Assembly (NCBI GenBank): GCA_001822075.1
Contig: MHPK01000001.1
Coordinates: 22,757 to 86,756 of the forward strand
Origin: Candidatus Staskawiczbacteria bacterium RIFOXYB1_FULL_38_37
GTDB lineage: Bacteria > Patescibacteriota > Minisyncoccia > Minisyncoccales > Staskawiczbacteraceae
DNA length: 64,000 nucleotides
Direction of reading: 5' to 3'
The notes under the pieces were generated by a model. That model ran no database searches. It had not been told where the DNA came from and saw only the letters and a list, made by a program, of their open reading frames with translations. Position numbers and translations under genes: made by a program. Of this stretch, positions 1 to 8,948 are shown piece after piece; the first letter of the stretch is position 1, and every line of letters begins with the position of its first letter.

Positions 1-34
1 ATTAAATACATTTTAAAATAAAATTAAAATTATA

Positions 35-3000
35 TCAAATTATCTGGGTCTTTCTTTTTAAAATAATGACAGACAAAACTATAAGCAAGGCCAGTAAAAG
101 AATGGTTATCAGCCCCAACAACACTCTTTCTATAGTAAACGTCCTCTGCCACCAATTTGCGATTTTGAGCTCAATATTTGTGTGCACGCCCGACCCTTCC
201 TGCACTTCAAAAATATCTCCTTTGTATGGGATATAACCTTCTGCTTTGACCTCTATATAATAAAAACCTTCGGGCACCAAGAATGAGTATTTGCCAGTGT
301 TGTCTGTTGTCTGCGGGTTTTCCTGCTGGAAATCTTTTGCAGGCCATATTTCAAATTGTTTTGTTTCAGGGTTTAGCCAGTAAATTGTGACTTCGGCTCC
401 TTTAATTCGGGCTTCATCGTTGTCTGAAATTTTTCTGTAAACATATCCTTCAGGGTCAACTACCATAATCATATTCAGTTCTGCTGAAGAATAGTCTTGG
501 CTGATGTAATCAATAATTGTTTTAATTTCATACTTGCCAGCCACTGCGGGCGAGGTAATTGTGGCTGTGTAAATGCCATCTTTATCTGAGTCTTGGTATT
601 CAAATTTGTTTAACACCAGTTCTTTGGTGGCTTTAATTTCCTGACCTGGTTGTTGCGGCAAAGTAAAAGCATCTATTAAAGAAGCAGACAAAGCAGGAGA
701 AAGTCCTGCGGCAAACTCTTTTAAGGCAGATTCTGAACTTACAGATTTAAACACAATGTATCCTGTTACTTTTTTAGCTGGTTTGTCTGGTTTTACAATA
801 AGGTATAATGGCTTGTTTTGCAGGGTTGTTATGCTCTTTGTGACGTCGTTGTCTGAGGCTAAAGAAACTTTTGTTTTAAAGTCAATCTTATCTTCTGTAA
901 CTCTGGCAAAGATAAAATTGGTCGGCATTTTAATCTTATCTTTTATGCTGAAGTTTGAAGGGTTAATGCCAGCTGAAACGCGGCCCAAGGTTTCTGCCAG
1001 TCCAGGGAAGCTTAGCTTTGCCACTCTTATCTTTTCTACATCTTCTGGCTTTGTGAATCCTACTTTTTCCAGGGTTTCTTGGAAGCTCGGAAAATCAAGG
1101 GCTAATTGCTTTATCTCGTCTGGCAGAGGAAGTATTGAAATCTCGTTGAATCTTTTTTGCTGGATTAAATTCCACTGATTCTGTAAAGCTGCAGGAGTTT
1201 CTGGAGTTACTGTTTCTTCTATCGGCGGAAAGGATACTTGTTCTGGCTCTTGAAAATTATTGATAATCGTATTTTTGTAGAAATCAGCTGCCTTTTCAGC
1301 TAAGTTGCTTATCTGCTCTGTTGCATTGTTAATTTGATTTGTAATTTGCTGCGCAATTTGGTCTACAGCTTCATCTAAATTATCTAAAATGTTTTCAGCT
1401 TCGGAGCCTTGTTCTTGTCCTGCAAACGGGTTCCAGCTAAATGTTCCCCCTCCGCCTCCGCCGCTGGATAGAGTATAAGAAAGATTTGTATTATTATCTG
1501 CTGTGTTTTCGTTTTCAAGTATGTCCTGGCAAGATATATTGACTGAAAGAGACAGGGCGCTGCTGCCAGAAATACTGCATGTGATAGAAGTTGTTCCTCC
1601 TCCTGAACAATCGTCAGCGCTGGCCATGGCGCTGTATGACAAATCAGAGGCCGAACTTCTGCAATAGCCAGCTTCATTAAGGGTAAAAGAAACAGAAGAA
1701 GGAAGCGAGGACACACCTCCTGCGGCCGGGTTAAAACCAGAGATAGTCGGCGGAGTTGCGTCAATTTCCATTGTGATTTCTTCATTGGTGGCGATTGTGT
1801 CTTTGTTGCCTGCTGTGTCTTGGCAAGCCACATATATGGTTTTACTTGCTGATTCAGCCAGTGTTCCCATTTGGCAGGTAATAGAGGTTGTAGTGTCTCC
1901 AGTACAATTAGTATCGCCTGACATATCGTCGTATGCCTCGTCTGTTTCTGACGCATAACAATCGCCTGCTTCGTCTAATGTAATCAGTATTTCAGGTGAA
2001 GTGTCAGAGATGGAGTAAGGGGCAGAGGTGTCTCCGCCAACACTGGTTACTGTGAGGATGGGAACTGTTGTATCTAATGTGTAAGTTAACGTTTCGTTAG
2101 TATCTGCTGTGTCTTTGTTCGGAGAAACACTGGTGTCGTCTTGGCAGGCGACATACACTGTTTTAGCTCCGTCTGCTCCTAAATCTCCTAACGCGCAGGA
2201 ATGAGAGGTTGATGTTCCCACTGTGCAGTCAGTGTCGTCTGACATCTGGTCGTATGTCTCGTCTCCATCTGTTGAAGCAAAACAATCAGCTGTTTCATCG
2301 GTATCAAATGTAATGGTTGGGGTTGCGTCTGTGATGGTGGATGCAGAGGCTGGGCTGAAGTTGGAAGGAACAGGGGGAGTTGCGTCAATTTCCATTGTGA
2401 TTTCTTCATTGGTGGCGATTGTGTCTTTGTTGCCTGCTGTGTCTTGGCAAGCCACATATATGGTTTTACTTGCTGATTCAGCCAGTGTTCCCATTTGGCA
2501 GGTAATAGAGGTTGTAGTGTCTCCAGTACAATTAGTATCGCCTGACATATCGTCGTATGCCTCGTCTGTTTCTGACGCATAACAATCGCCTGCTTCGTCT
2601 AATGTAATCAGTATTTCAGGTGAAGTGTCAGAGATGGAGTAAGGGGCAGAGGTGTCTCCGCCAACACTGGTTACTGTGGGGACAGCAACAGCGGTGTCTA
2701 AGATAAAGTTTCCCATTTGGGTCCAGGAAGAAGTATCTACGCCGTCATTGTTTTGCGCGCACCAGTAGTAGGTTGCGTCGTTGCCAATGGATGAGCCGTT
2801 TGTCCATGTTGTGTCTTCATTTTCGTCTGCTGTTTCAGAAGAAGTTCCAGAAGCAACAATGTTTGTGTTGCTGACGCAGTCGGCAAGAGAAGAAGAAGAT
2901 ATGCGGTAGTTGGTTGTGCCAACATCGCCTACGTCGGGGTCTGAATAATTGGCAGATAAAGTCGGGGTTGTATCTGTGGTGTATGAGCCGTTGGCTGGAG

Positions 3001-6000
3001 AAACTAATGTCGGCGCATTGGGAGCGGTGTTTGCGGGAGCTCCCCCGCTGTAAACTCCAATTATACCTGTGCCGTAAGAAGAATTGCCTGTGTCCTGATA
3101 GCCAGCCACAAAATTCGTGGTGTCAAGGGCCGCAACAGAAACATAGGCAGTAGAAGCTGAATTAAACGCAGCCTCATCTTCATAAGTAATGTCTGTTCCA
3201 GATATTGTGCCAGCTAAAGCTGTGCCATAAGAAGAGTTGCCTGTGTCTTGATAACCAGCTATAAAATGGGTGGAGTCAAGAGCTGAAACAGAAACATAGG
3301 CGGTAGCAGCTGAATTAAACGGATAGGCAGCGCCATAGGTTATTGTGGTTCCAGATACAGAGCCGATTGCAGCTGTGCCATATGTGTTTGAATCTGTATA
3401 TCCTACCACAAAGCTGGTGGCGCTGAGCTTGGTAAAAGAAATATAGGCCTGAACATCTAACGCAATCATATCTTTCTCTGTGCCATAGCTTATTGTTGTT
3501 CCATCTACTGTGCCGATTCTACTTCTGCCATAGGTGGCAAAAAACCCAAACACAAAACTGGTAGAGCTAAGAGCCGCGACAGAAACATAGGTAACTACTC
3601 CTGTACTAAATGTGGACTGAGTGCCATAACCAGTTATTGTTGTTCCAGATACAACTCCAACTATAGCATATCCCCTATTAGTTGCTGGAGGAACATTACT
3701 TTTGCACAAAACCACAAAATGTGTTGAGTCAAGGGCCGCGACAGAAATAGAAATAGAATTAGCATTAGTTACGGTGTTGAATACACTCTCTGCGCCATAA
3801 GAAGATATTGTTGTTCCAGATACTTCTCCAACTATAGCTGTGCCTACATCAGAGTTGCCTACATCTGAATAAGCAGCCACAAAATGGGTGGAGTCAAGAG
3901 CCGCGACAGAAATATAAGTAGTAGCAGCTGAGTTAAACGCAACCGGGGTGCCGTAACTTATTGTTGTTCCAGATATAGAGCCAACTACAGCTGTGCCATA
4001 TCCGGTTGAATCCCTGTATGCTATCACAAAACTTGTGGAAGTAAGCATGGCAGTAGAAACATAGGTGGTGGAAGCTGATGCGAATGCATTCTCAGCGCCG
4101 TAAGCTATATTGCTTGGGTCAACTATCCAATCAATATCAATGTCACCGCTTATAATCTTTAAGTCAAAAATGTCTGTGGGTGTTCCGAGATTAGTAAGCA
4201 AAATTCCATACATTCCCTCGTGATCTATGCTTTCAAAAGTTGCAACAAGCCCGCCTTGCGTCTGGTTGCCATCTTGGTCTTCATAAATAGGATACACTTC
4301 TATTGTTGCTGGCTGGCCTGGATTTGTTGGTTTAGCATAAATTGTATTGTCTTTTGTATTGTCTAATATTTGCTCAAAAGTAGCTCTAACATAGTGTCCA
4401 TTTGGAACTGTTGCCCATTGATTGTCTTGCGCCACTGTAAGGTCATAAATGTCAGCTACTATTTGCTGGTTTTCATCCATTTCAAATGCTTTGGAAATAA
4501 ATATGATTTCAAATATCTGTTCTGATAAGTGAGGCACTGTCCACTCCACATAATCTAACTTTCCGTTGTTATTGAGGTCAAATGCGTGGAATTCCATTTC
4601 AGCATAGCCATTATCCCGACAGGCTTCTGCCTGTCGTGGATCCTCGACTGCTTCGCAGTCGGGATTTTGCCACTTAATTTTGATTTTGCTTTCCTGTCCT
4701 ACTTTGTAAATTTCTGGAATTGTTGTGTAGGCTAATACATTTGTGATTGGTGGCTGGTCTGGCTGTTCTTCTGCTGAAATTGTAACCAGCTTTCCTTTGT
4801 CTGTTTCTTGTTCTGTGATTTCTGGCGCTGGGGTCTCGTAATCTACTTCAACATATTCTTCGGTTTCTTCTGATTGCTCTATTTCTACAACTTCCTGGTC
4901 TGTTGGAGTCGTTGTTTCAGTTAGTAATTCTCCTGGAAGCTGGATTATTTCCTGGTTAGAAAGAGACACAGGTTCTATGACTGGTATTTCTGGAAGCTCT
5001 GAAATGGCTTCTTGTTCTGACTCATCAATTTCTTCTTGCCGTTCGGATTCTGATTCTACAAACTCCTCTTCAATTGGCTCCTCGCCCGCCTGATTGTCCG
5101 CAGGACTTTCGGCGGGCTCGCCTAACTCAATATCCCCGCCTGAAGCTGCTGCATCATTGCGGGCAGGTTCAGAACTTTGGGCAGGTTCTTCTTCTGCAAT
5201 TTGTTCTTGGGGTTGCTCAGGTTCCTCGCCCGCCTGATTGTCCGCAGGGCTTTCGGCGGGTTGTTGAACTTCTGGTTCAGGCTCTTCTGCTGGAAGCGCT
5301 TCTGAAACATCAACAAACACAGCTTCATTTGTTTCTATAATTTCAGGCTGGGATTCTGCTATACTTTCTGTAATCTGGGCAACTGCGTTTTCTGCGGCTC
5401 CATGGACATCAGCGAGAAAAAATCTGTACACTTTAGACAAAAAATTCTTTGGCTCTGTTTTTGTAAGCTGTTTGCGCTCTTCTGCGGCAAACTGGAACTG
5501 GGAGGTTTCAGCCGAATAGTTTGCTATTGCCAAAGCTTCCTGCTTTGTAATTGATTTTACCTTGATATTCTGGGCGTTTTTCGGAAGCTGGACTAAGTTT
5601 GCGCCGGCTGTAATATCTGATTTTTTAATCACAGCTGACCATTTTACTGTTTGCCCCACAACAGCTGGCGAGGTTTGCTTTGTTAAAGCTGTTTTAATAA
5701 TCTGGCTTTGGCTTATCCGGGGTTTTGGCGAAACAAACCAGGCTGCGGTGAATAAAATACAAAGAGTTAACACAAAAACAGCTATTCCCTGCGCAACACA
5801 AAACGGCCTGAAAGACATATAAAAATTTTTGCCCCGCAGAATATAGGCCTGTTTTTTGATTTTATCTTTTAGAACAGCCAAGAGAGCAGTTGAGCGCTTT
5901 GAAAAGCGCAATTTAATCAACTTAATTTTTCTTTTTATTCTTCTTTTCCAGTATCTTAGGCAATATTTGAAAATCTTTTTTTGAGGCGCCAAAAATTCCC

Positions 6001-6055
6001 TGCTAATCAAAAAAAATCTTGCTTTTTTATTCTTTTTAAAAACTTTTTTTGCCAC
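35..6055 (-). CDS. Giant (2006 aa) membrane-anchored surface protein (putative adhesin)
   Basis: Single uninterrupted ORF. Basic N-terminus plus a TM helix (GIAVFVLTLCILFTAAWFV) is followed by an acidic E/P/Q-rich spacer and seven propeller-like repeats. Next come four Cys-containing Ig-like modules and a CarboxypepD_reg-like segment (GAEVTIYWLNPETKQFE...GKYSFLVPEGFYYIEVKAEGY). A C-terminal TM helix closes the protein. Confidence 0.8.
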   Translation of the reverse strand: MAKKVFKKNKKARFFLISREFLAPQKKIFKYCLRYWKRRIKRKIKLIKLRFSKRSTALLAVLKDKIKKQAYILRGKNFYMSFRPFCVAQGIAVFVLTLCILFTAAWFVSPKPRISQSQIIKTALTKQTSPAVVGQTVKWSAVIKKSDITAGANLVQLPKNAQNIKVKSITKQEALAIANYSAETSQFQFAAEERKQLTKTEPKNFLSKVYRFFLADVHGAAENAVAQITESIAESQPEIIETNEAVFVDVSEALPAEEPEPEVQQPAESPADNQAGEEPEQPQEQIAEEEPAQSSEPARNDAAASGGDIELGEPAESPADNQAGEEPIEEEFVESESERQEEIDESEQEAISELPEIPVIEPVSLSNQEIIQLPGELLTETTTPTDQEVVEIEQSEETEEYVEVDYETPAPEITEQETDKGKLVTISAEEQPDQPPITNVLAYTTIPEIYKVGQESKIKIKWQNPDCEAVEDPRQAEACRDNGYAEMEFHAFDLNNNGKLDYVEWTVPHLSEQIFEIIFISKAFEMDENQQIVADIYDLTVAQDNQWATVPNGHYVRATFEQILDNTKDNTIYAKPTNPGQPATIEVYPIYEDQDGNQTQGGLVATFESIDHEGMYGILLTNLGTPTDIFDLKIISGDIDIDWIVDPSNIAYGAENAFASASTTYVSTAMLTSTSFVIAYRDSTGYGTAVVGSISGTTISYGTPVAFNSAATTYISVAALDSTHFVAAYSDVGNSDVGTAIVGEVSGTTISSYGAESVFNTVTNANSISISVAALDSTHFVVLCKSNVPPATNRGYAIVGVVSGTTITGYGTQSTFSTGVVTYVSVAALSSTSFVFGFFATYGRSRIGTVDGTTISYGTEKDMIALDVQAYISFTKLSATSFVVGYTDSNTYGTAAIGSVSGTTITYGAAYPFNSAATAYVSVSALDSTHFIAGYQDTGNSSYGTALAGTISGTDITYEDEAAFNSASTAYVSVAALDTTNFVAGYQDTGNSSYGTGIIGVYSGGAPANTAPNAPTLVSPANGSYTTDTTPTLSANYSDPDVGDVGTTNYRISSSSLADCVSNTNIVASGTSSETADENEDTTWTNGSSIGNDATYYWCAQNNDGVDTSSWTQMGNFILDTAVAVPTVTSVGGDTSAPYSISDTSPEILITLDEAGDCYASETDEAYDDMSGDTNCTGDTTTSITCQMGTLAESASKTIYVACQDTAGNKDTIATNEEITMEIDATPPVPSNFSPASASTITDATPTITFDTDETADCFASTDGDETYDQMSDDTDCTVGTSTSHSCALGDLGADGAKTVYVACQDDTSVSPNKDTADTNETLTYTLDTTVPILTVTSVGGDTSAPYSISDTSPEILITLDEAGDCYASETDEAYDDMSGDTNCTGDTTTSITCQMGTLAESASKTIYVACQDTAGNKDTIATNEEITMEIDATPPTISGFNPAAGGVSSLPSSVSFTLNEAGYCRSSASDLSYSAMASADDCSGGGTTSITCSISGSSALSLSVNISCQDILENENTADNNTNLSYTLSSGGGGGGTFSWNPFAGQEQGSEAENILDNLDEAVDQIAQQITNQINNATEQISNLAEKAADFYKNTIINNFQEPEQVSFPPIEETVTPETPAALQNQWNLIQQKRFNEISILPLPDEIKQLALDFPSFQETLEKVGFTKPEDVEKIRVAKLSFPGLAETLGRVSAGINPSNFSIKDKIKMPTNFIFARVTEDKIDFKTKVSLASDNDVTKSITTLQNKPLYLIVKPDKPAKKVTGYIVFKSVSSESALKEFAAGLSPALSASLIDAFTLPQQPGQEIKATKELVLNKFEYQDSDKDGIYTATITSPAVAGKYEIKTIIDYISQDYSSAELNMIMVVDPEGYVYRKISDNDEARIKGAEVTIYWLNPETKQFEIWPAKDFQQENPQTTDNTGKYSFLVPEGFYYIEVKAEGYIPYKGDIFEVQEGSGVHTNIELKIANWWQRTFTIERVLLGLITILLLALLIVLSVIILKRKTQII
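1752..2678 (-). repeat. Two perfect 303-bp direct repeats (1752-2054 and 2376-2678, offset 624 bp) inside the giant gene
   Basis: Hand alignment of the two stretches shows identity breaking at 1751/2375 and 2055/2679. Both encode the identical module TVTSVGGDTSAPYSISDTSPEILITLDEAGDCYASETDEAYDDMSGDTNCTGDTTTSITCQMG...EIDATPP. A diverged third copy lies between them and a fourth lies downstream. Confidence 0.9.
3045..4102 (-). repeat. Seven tandem ~45-55-aa repeats (beta-propeller-like) within the giant gene
   Basis: Recurring pattern YG(A/T)..xF(N)SA.T.Y(V/I)SVAALDSTHFV.(A/G)Y.D....YGTA.(V/I)G..SGTTI(S/T) is seen seven times in the translation. Confidence 0.7.
5077..5260 (-). repeat. Two copies of a ~40-bp GC-rich hairpin-capable element, in frame, 144 bp apart
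   Basis: cctcgcccgcctgattgtccgcagg(a/g)ctttcggcggg occurs starting at 5080 and at 5224. Both copies translate as PAESPADNQAGEEP. Stem cccgcc/ggcggg. Confidence 0.8.
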
Positions 6056-6206
6056 AAAAATCCTTTATTTATATTGGTTCATTTTACCAAATTATAAACA
6101 AAAAAAATACACAATCGCCTGTGGATAACTTTAGGCTATTGGAAATAAAACAAAAAGCCCGTTGATATAATCTCGGGGTTTATAGAAAACTGATTTTTAA
6201 CCAGTT

Positions 6207-6470
6207 CTATTCGGTTTTTTTAGAAGCGGCGGCAACAGCGATGGCAACCTGCTCAGCCGCCTGGCCAACTGTGCGGATTTTTTCTACAACATCATCGGAA
6301 AGGTTAATTCCAAACTCTTCTTCAAGTTCCATTATTATTTCCACAGTATCAAGGGAATCAGCTAAAACATCTTCACTAAATCTGGTTTCAGGGGTAACCT
6401 CTTCTCTTTCTTTGCCAAAATACTCGCAAATTTTAGCAATAACGCGTTCCTGAATTGGCTCATCGCGCAT
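6207..6470 (-). CDS. acpP: Acyl carrier protein-like (87 aa)
   Basis: DSLDTVEIIMELEEEFGI matches the phosphopantetheine-attachment DSLD motif and helix II of ACPs. The start was moved to MRDEP (6470), which has AGGGAG 7 nt upstream. Confidence 0.75.
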   Translation of the reverse strand: MRDEPIQERVIAKICEYFGKEREEVTPETRFSEDVLADSLDTVEIIMELEEEFGINLSDDVVEKIRTVGQAAEQVAIAVAAASKKTE

Positions 6471-6851
6471 TTCTCGCTCCCTTCTTATAAAAAAAGAACA
6501 GCTTATGCCTGCTGCAACTTCAATTGAGGCAGACAATCATTATATTTTAGGTTACTGCTTTATTAAATTTTGTCAAACATTCATGAGATATTCAAACGTC
6601 AAAGGTATTCCAAAAAGCACAATAGCTGAAACAACAATAATAATCAAACCTGTTGACGTTGAAACTTCTTTCTTTAAATTCATATTATTTTTATTTAATT
6701 ATTTTTATTATATTATATTCTTTTATTTTTATCAATTTTTATTTATTCCAATCTTTTACTTACACGTCTACTTACATTATTTTCGCCCTAATTTTATTAT
6801 AAATCAATCAGAACGCGTTGTAAAACATATGTTTTGTGCTAAATTACAAGT

Positions 6852-8285
6852 ATGGATAAGTTCAATTTTTTAGCAAAAAATAAGTTAGACAACCTCCCGA
6901 AAACCAGCGGAGTATATTTGTTTTACGCCAAAAACAATAAAACGCCTATTTATATTGGCAAAGCAATAAGCATTAAAAATAGAGTAAAAAACCATTTTCA
7001 GGGAAAAAATTGGTGGGAGAAAACCCTCCTTCGCCAAGCCTGCCTGCCGGCAAGGCAGGGCTTCGGCGGGCAAGTTGGCTATTTTGAAACAAATTCTGAA
7101 ATTGAAGCATTAATTTTGGAAGCTAATTTAATCAAAAAATACCAGCCCAAATATAATGTAATGTGGCGGGACGATAAAAATTATTTTTATGTTGCCATCG
7201 CAAAAAATGAAAATGAAATTCCCTATGTGTTTATCACCCACCAGAAAAATCAAAAAAAGACTGAATACGTGGGTCCCTTCACAGAAGGCACGGCTCTTAA
7301 AAAAACTTTACGATTTTTAAGGCGAGCATTCCCCTATTATTCGATAAAAAAACATTCAAAATTAAAATGCGCATACTGCCATTTAGATTTATGTCCTGGT
7401 CCTTACGAACAATTGTTTGCGCCTCGCCTTGGCGGGCTCGGCGCGCCAAATGCGTTTGGCGAATACAAAAAAAATATCAAAAAATTAATTTTGATATTAA
7501 AAGGGAAAAGAAAAACTGTTTTAAATTCTCTTAGAAAAGAAATGAAACAGCTGGCAAAAAATAGAGAATTTGAAAAAGCCGGAAAAATCAGGGACGAAAT
7601 TTATGCTTTGCAGCAAGTTATGCAACATACTCATGTAATCAGCGGAAACGAAATCAGCGGAAACGAATATGACGAGTTTTTGCCGTACGGCAAAAACTCG
7701 TATTCACCCGGTTTTAAAACCCTGCAAAAAATTGTAGGAATAAAAAATGATATTAACAGAATAGAATGTTATGATGTTTCAAATATACAAGGAAAACAAG
7801 CCACGGGCTCTATGATTGTTTTTATAAACGGCAAACCGGACAAAAATCAGTACAGAAAATTCAGAATTAAAATGGAAAATGAGCCAAATGACATTGCAAT
7901 GTTAAAAGAAACAATCAGCAGGCGCTTGCAACATTCAGAATGGCCGTATCCTGAAATAATGCTTATTGATGGCGGAAAAGGCCAATTAAATGCCGCTATC
8001 GCGGCAAAATCCGAAATCCTAAATCCGAAATCCGAAACACCTGCCCGCATCGGCTGCGCCGAAGGCGTTGCAGGCGGGAATTCAAAATTCGAAATTCAAA
8101 ACATAAAAGTCGTATCCATTGCAAAAGGCGGGCAGGAGCTGTTTATTGAAGGCAAAAATAAACCCATTCCGCTTAAAAGTTTACCGCAGGAAATTTATAA
8201 TCTGATTTTGCAGTTAGACAGCGAAGCTCATCGGTTTGCAATAAGTTATCATAAAAATTTAAGAAAAAAGAACTTAATGCCTTAA
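6852..8285 (+). CDS. uvrC: Excinuclease ABC subunit C (short form, carrying repeat-derived insertions)
   Basis: N-terminal GIY-YIG motifs (SGVYLFY...PIYIGKA...RVKNHF) and a UVR motif (REFEKAGKIRDEIYALQ). C-terminal nuclease-half motif IECYDVSNIQG. No terminal (HhH)2 is evident. Confidence 0.85.
   Translation: MDKFNFLAKNKLDNLPKTSGVYLFYAKNNKTPIYIGKAISIKNRVKNHFQGKNWWEKTLLRQACLPARQGFGGQVGYFETNSEIEALILEANLIKKYQPKYNVMWRDDKNYFYVAIAKNENEIPYVFITHQKNQKKTEYVGPFTEGTALKKTLRFLRRAFPYYSIKKHSKLKCAYCHLDLCPGPYEQLFAPRLGGLGAPNAFGEYKKNIKKLILILKGKRKTVLNSLRKEMKQLAKNREFEKAGKIRDEIYALQQVMQHTHVISGNEISGNEYDEFLPYGKNSYSPGFKTLQKIVGIKNDINRIECYDVSNIQGKQATGSMIVFINGKPDKNQYRKFRIKMENEPNDIAMLKETISRRLQHSEWPYPEIMLIDGGKGQLNAAIAAKSEILNPKSETPARIGCAEGVAGGNSKFEIQNIKVVSIAKGGQELFIEGKNKPIPLKSLPQEIYNLILQLDSEAHRFAISYHKNLRKKNLMP
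7039..7074 (+). repeat. GC-rich composite element in frame in uvrC (palindrome cctgcctgccggcaaggcagg + ggcttcggcgggcaag)
   Basis: Translates as CLPARQGFGGQV within otherwise AT-rich uvrC. The palindrome recurs at 39662-39681 and the 16-mer recurs (reverse complement) at 45882-45897. Confidence 0.8.
8006..8102 (+). repeat. Composite insertion in uvrC: (aaatccga)x4, a GC-rich core, then (gaaattc/aaaattc) array
   Basis: aaaatccgaaatcctaaatccgaaatccgaaacacctgcccgcatcggctgcgccgaaggcgttgcaggcgggaattcaaaattcgaaattcaaaac. It stays in frame (KSEILNPKSETPARIGCAEGVAGGNSKFEIQN). Confidence 0.8.
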
Positions 8286-8722
8286 TGCTGGTATTTTCTG
8301 TAAAATATGCTATTATAATATTAATGGTTAAGAAACTTCTCTCGCAAATTATTGCTGGCGTAGCTGGATTGTGGCTAGCTGTTATGTTTGTGCCTAATGT
8401 TGCTGTAAACATCAATCCAGATTCAAGCTTTTTTGGATTTTCATTAACAGAACAGTGGCAGATGTTTCTGGTTTTAGGCATAATTTTAGGGCTTTTAAAT
8501 TATTTTGTAAGGCCTGTGCTTAAAGCCTTGGCCCTTCCTCTTGAAATTTTAACTTTAGGGCTTTTCAGCATAGTAATAAACATGGCAATGATATGGTTTT
8601 TAGACATTATTTTCCAAGAGCTTTATGCGCCGTGGTTTCTGCCTCTTTTATACACAACCTTAATTGTCTGGGCTTTAAACCTTGTAATTTCAAAGATATT
8701 AGTTGGGTCAAATAAAGATTAA
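8285..8722 (+). CDS. Four-TM membrane protein, DUF360 / phage-holin-4-like family
   Basis: TAATG overlap with the uvrC stop. Hydrophobic profile and the GLLNYFVRPVLKALALPLEILTLGLFSIVIN segment resemble YvlD/DUF360 proteins (recalled from memory, not searched). Confidence 0.55.
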   Translation: MLVFSVKYAIIILMVKKLLSQIIAGVAGLWLAVMFVPNVAVNINPDSSFFGFSLTEQWQMFLVLGIILGLLNYFVRPVLKALALPLEILTLGLFSIVINMAMIWFLDIIFQELYAPWFLPLLYTTLIVWALNLVISKILVGSNKD

Positions 8723-8726
8723 TATT

Positions 8727-8945
8727 ATGAACCAAATTTTATTTTATTCTCAAATAATAATTTCTGTAGCCTTAATAGCGCTTATTGCAATACAGCAAAA
8801 GGGAGCTGCTTTGGGTTCTGCTTTTGGAGGAGGCGGAGAATATTATTCCAGCAAAAGGGGTTTTGAAAAGAAAATCCATTATGCCACCATAGTTGCTGTG
8901 ACTCTTTTTTTGGCTTTGGGCATATTGAATATATTAATTCCCTAA
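8727..8945 (+). CDS. secG: Preprotein translocase subunit SecG
   Basis: 72 aa with two TM helices and the G-rich loop QQKGAALGSAFGGGGEYYSSKRGFEK typical of SecG. The start was moved to MNQILF. Confidence 0.7.
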   Translation: MNQILFYSQIIISVALIALIAIQQKGAALGSAFGGGGEYYSSKRGFEKKIHYATIVAVTLFLALGILNILIP

Positions 8946-8948
8946 ACA

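Noticed and set aside
1752-2678. Diversity-generating retroelement (TR/VR pair) as an explanation for the duplicated 303-bp module
   Set aside because: The copies are identical, with no adenine-specific differences, and no reverse transcriptase is present in the window.
756-5822. Numerous 60-190-aa ORFs in other frames or strands inside the giant gene (e.g. 756-1178+, 1384-1956-, 2188-2580-, 2223-2582+, 5074-5340+, 5562-5822+)
   Set aside because: All are embedded in the 6-kb ORF. They have low-complexity or odd composition, and the duplicated ones merely mirror the 303-bp repeat. They are shadow ORFs.
6060-6200. Replication origin suggested by a perfect DnaA box (TGTGGATAA at 6120-6128)
   Set aside because: Only a single box was found, with no cluster, no dnaA/dnaN nearby and no adjacent AT-rich unwinding repeats beyond the general AT richness.
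6505-6873. 122-aa plus-strand ORF in the ACP-uvrC spacer
   Set aside because: It translates extremely AT-rich spacer into F/I/Y/L runs (FNYFYYIIFFYFYQFLFIPIFY). It overlaps the ACP start and the uvrC start. Promoter-region DNA is the more likely reading. A possible 36-aa single-TM minus-strand peptide (6573-6683) lacks a ribosome-binding site and was not called.
8006-8102. CRISPR array hypothesis for the aaatccga / gaattt-type arrays (also 21688-21766, 57990-58065)
   Set aside because: The repeat units are 7-8 nt with no unique spacers, no cas genes are present, and some copies are inside ORFs. They are microsatellite-like tandem arrays, not CRISPR.
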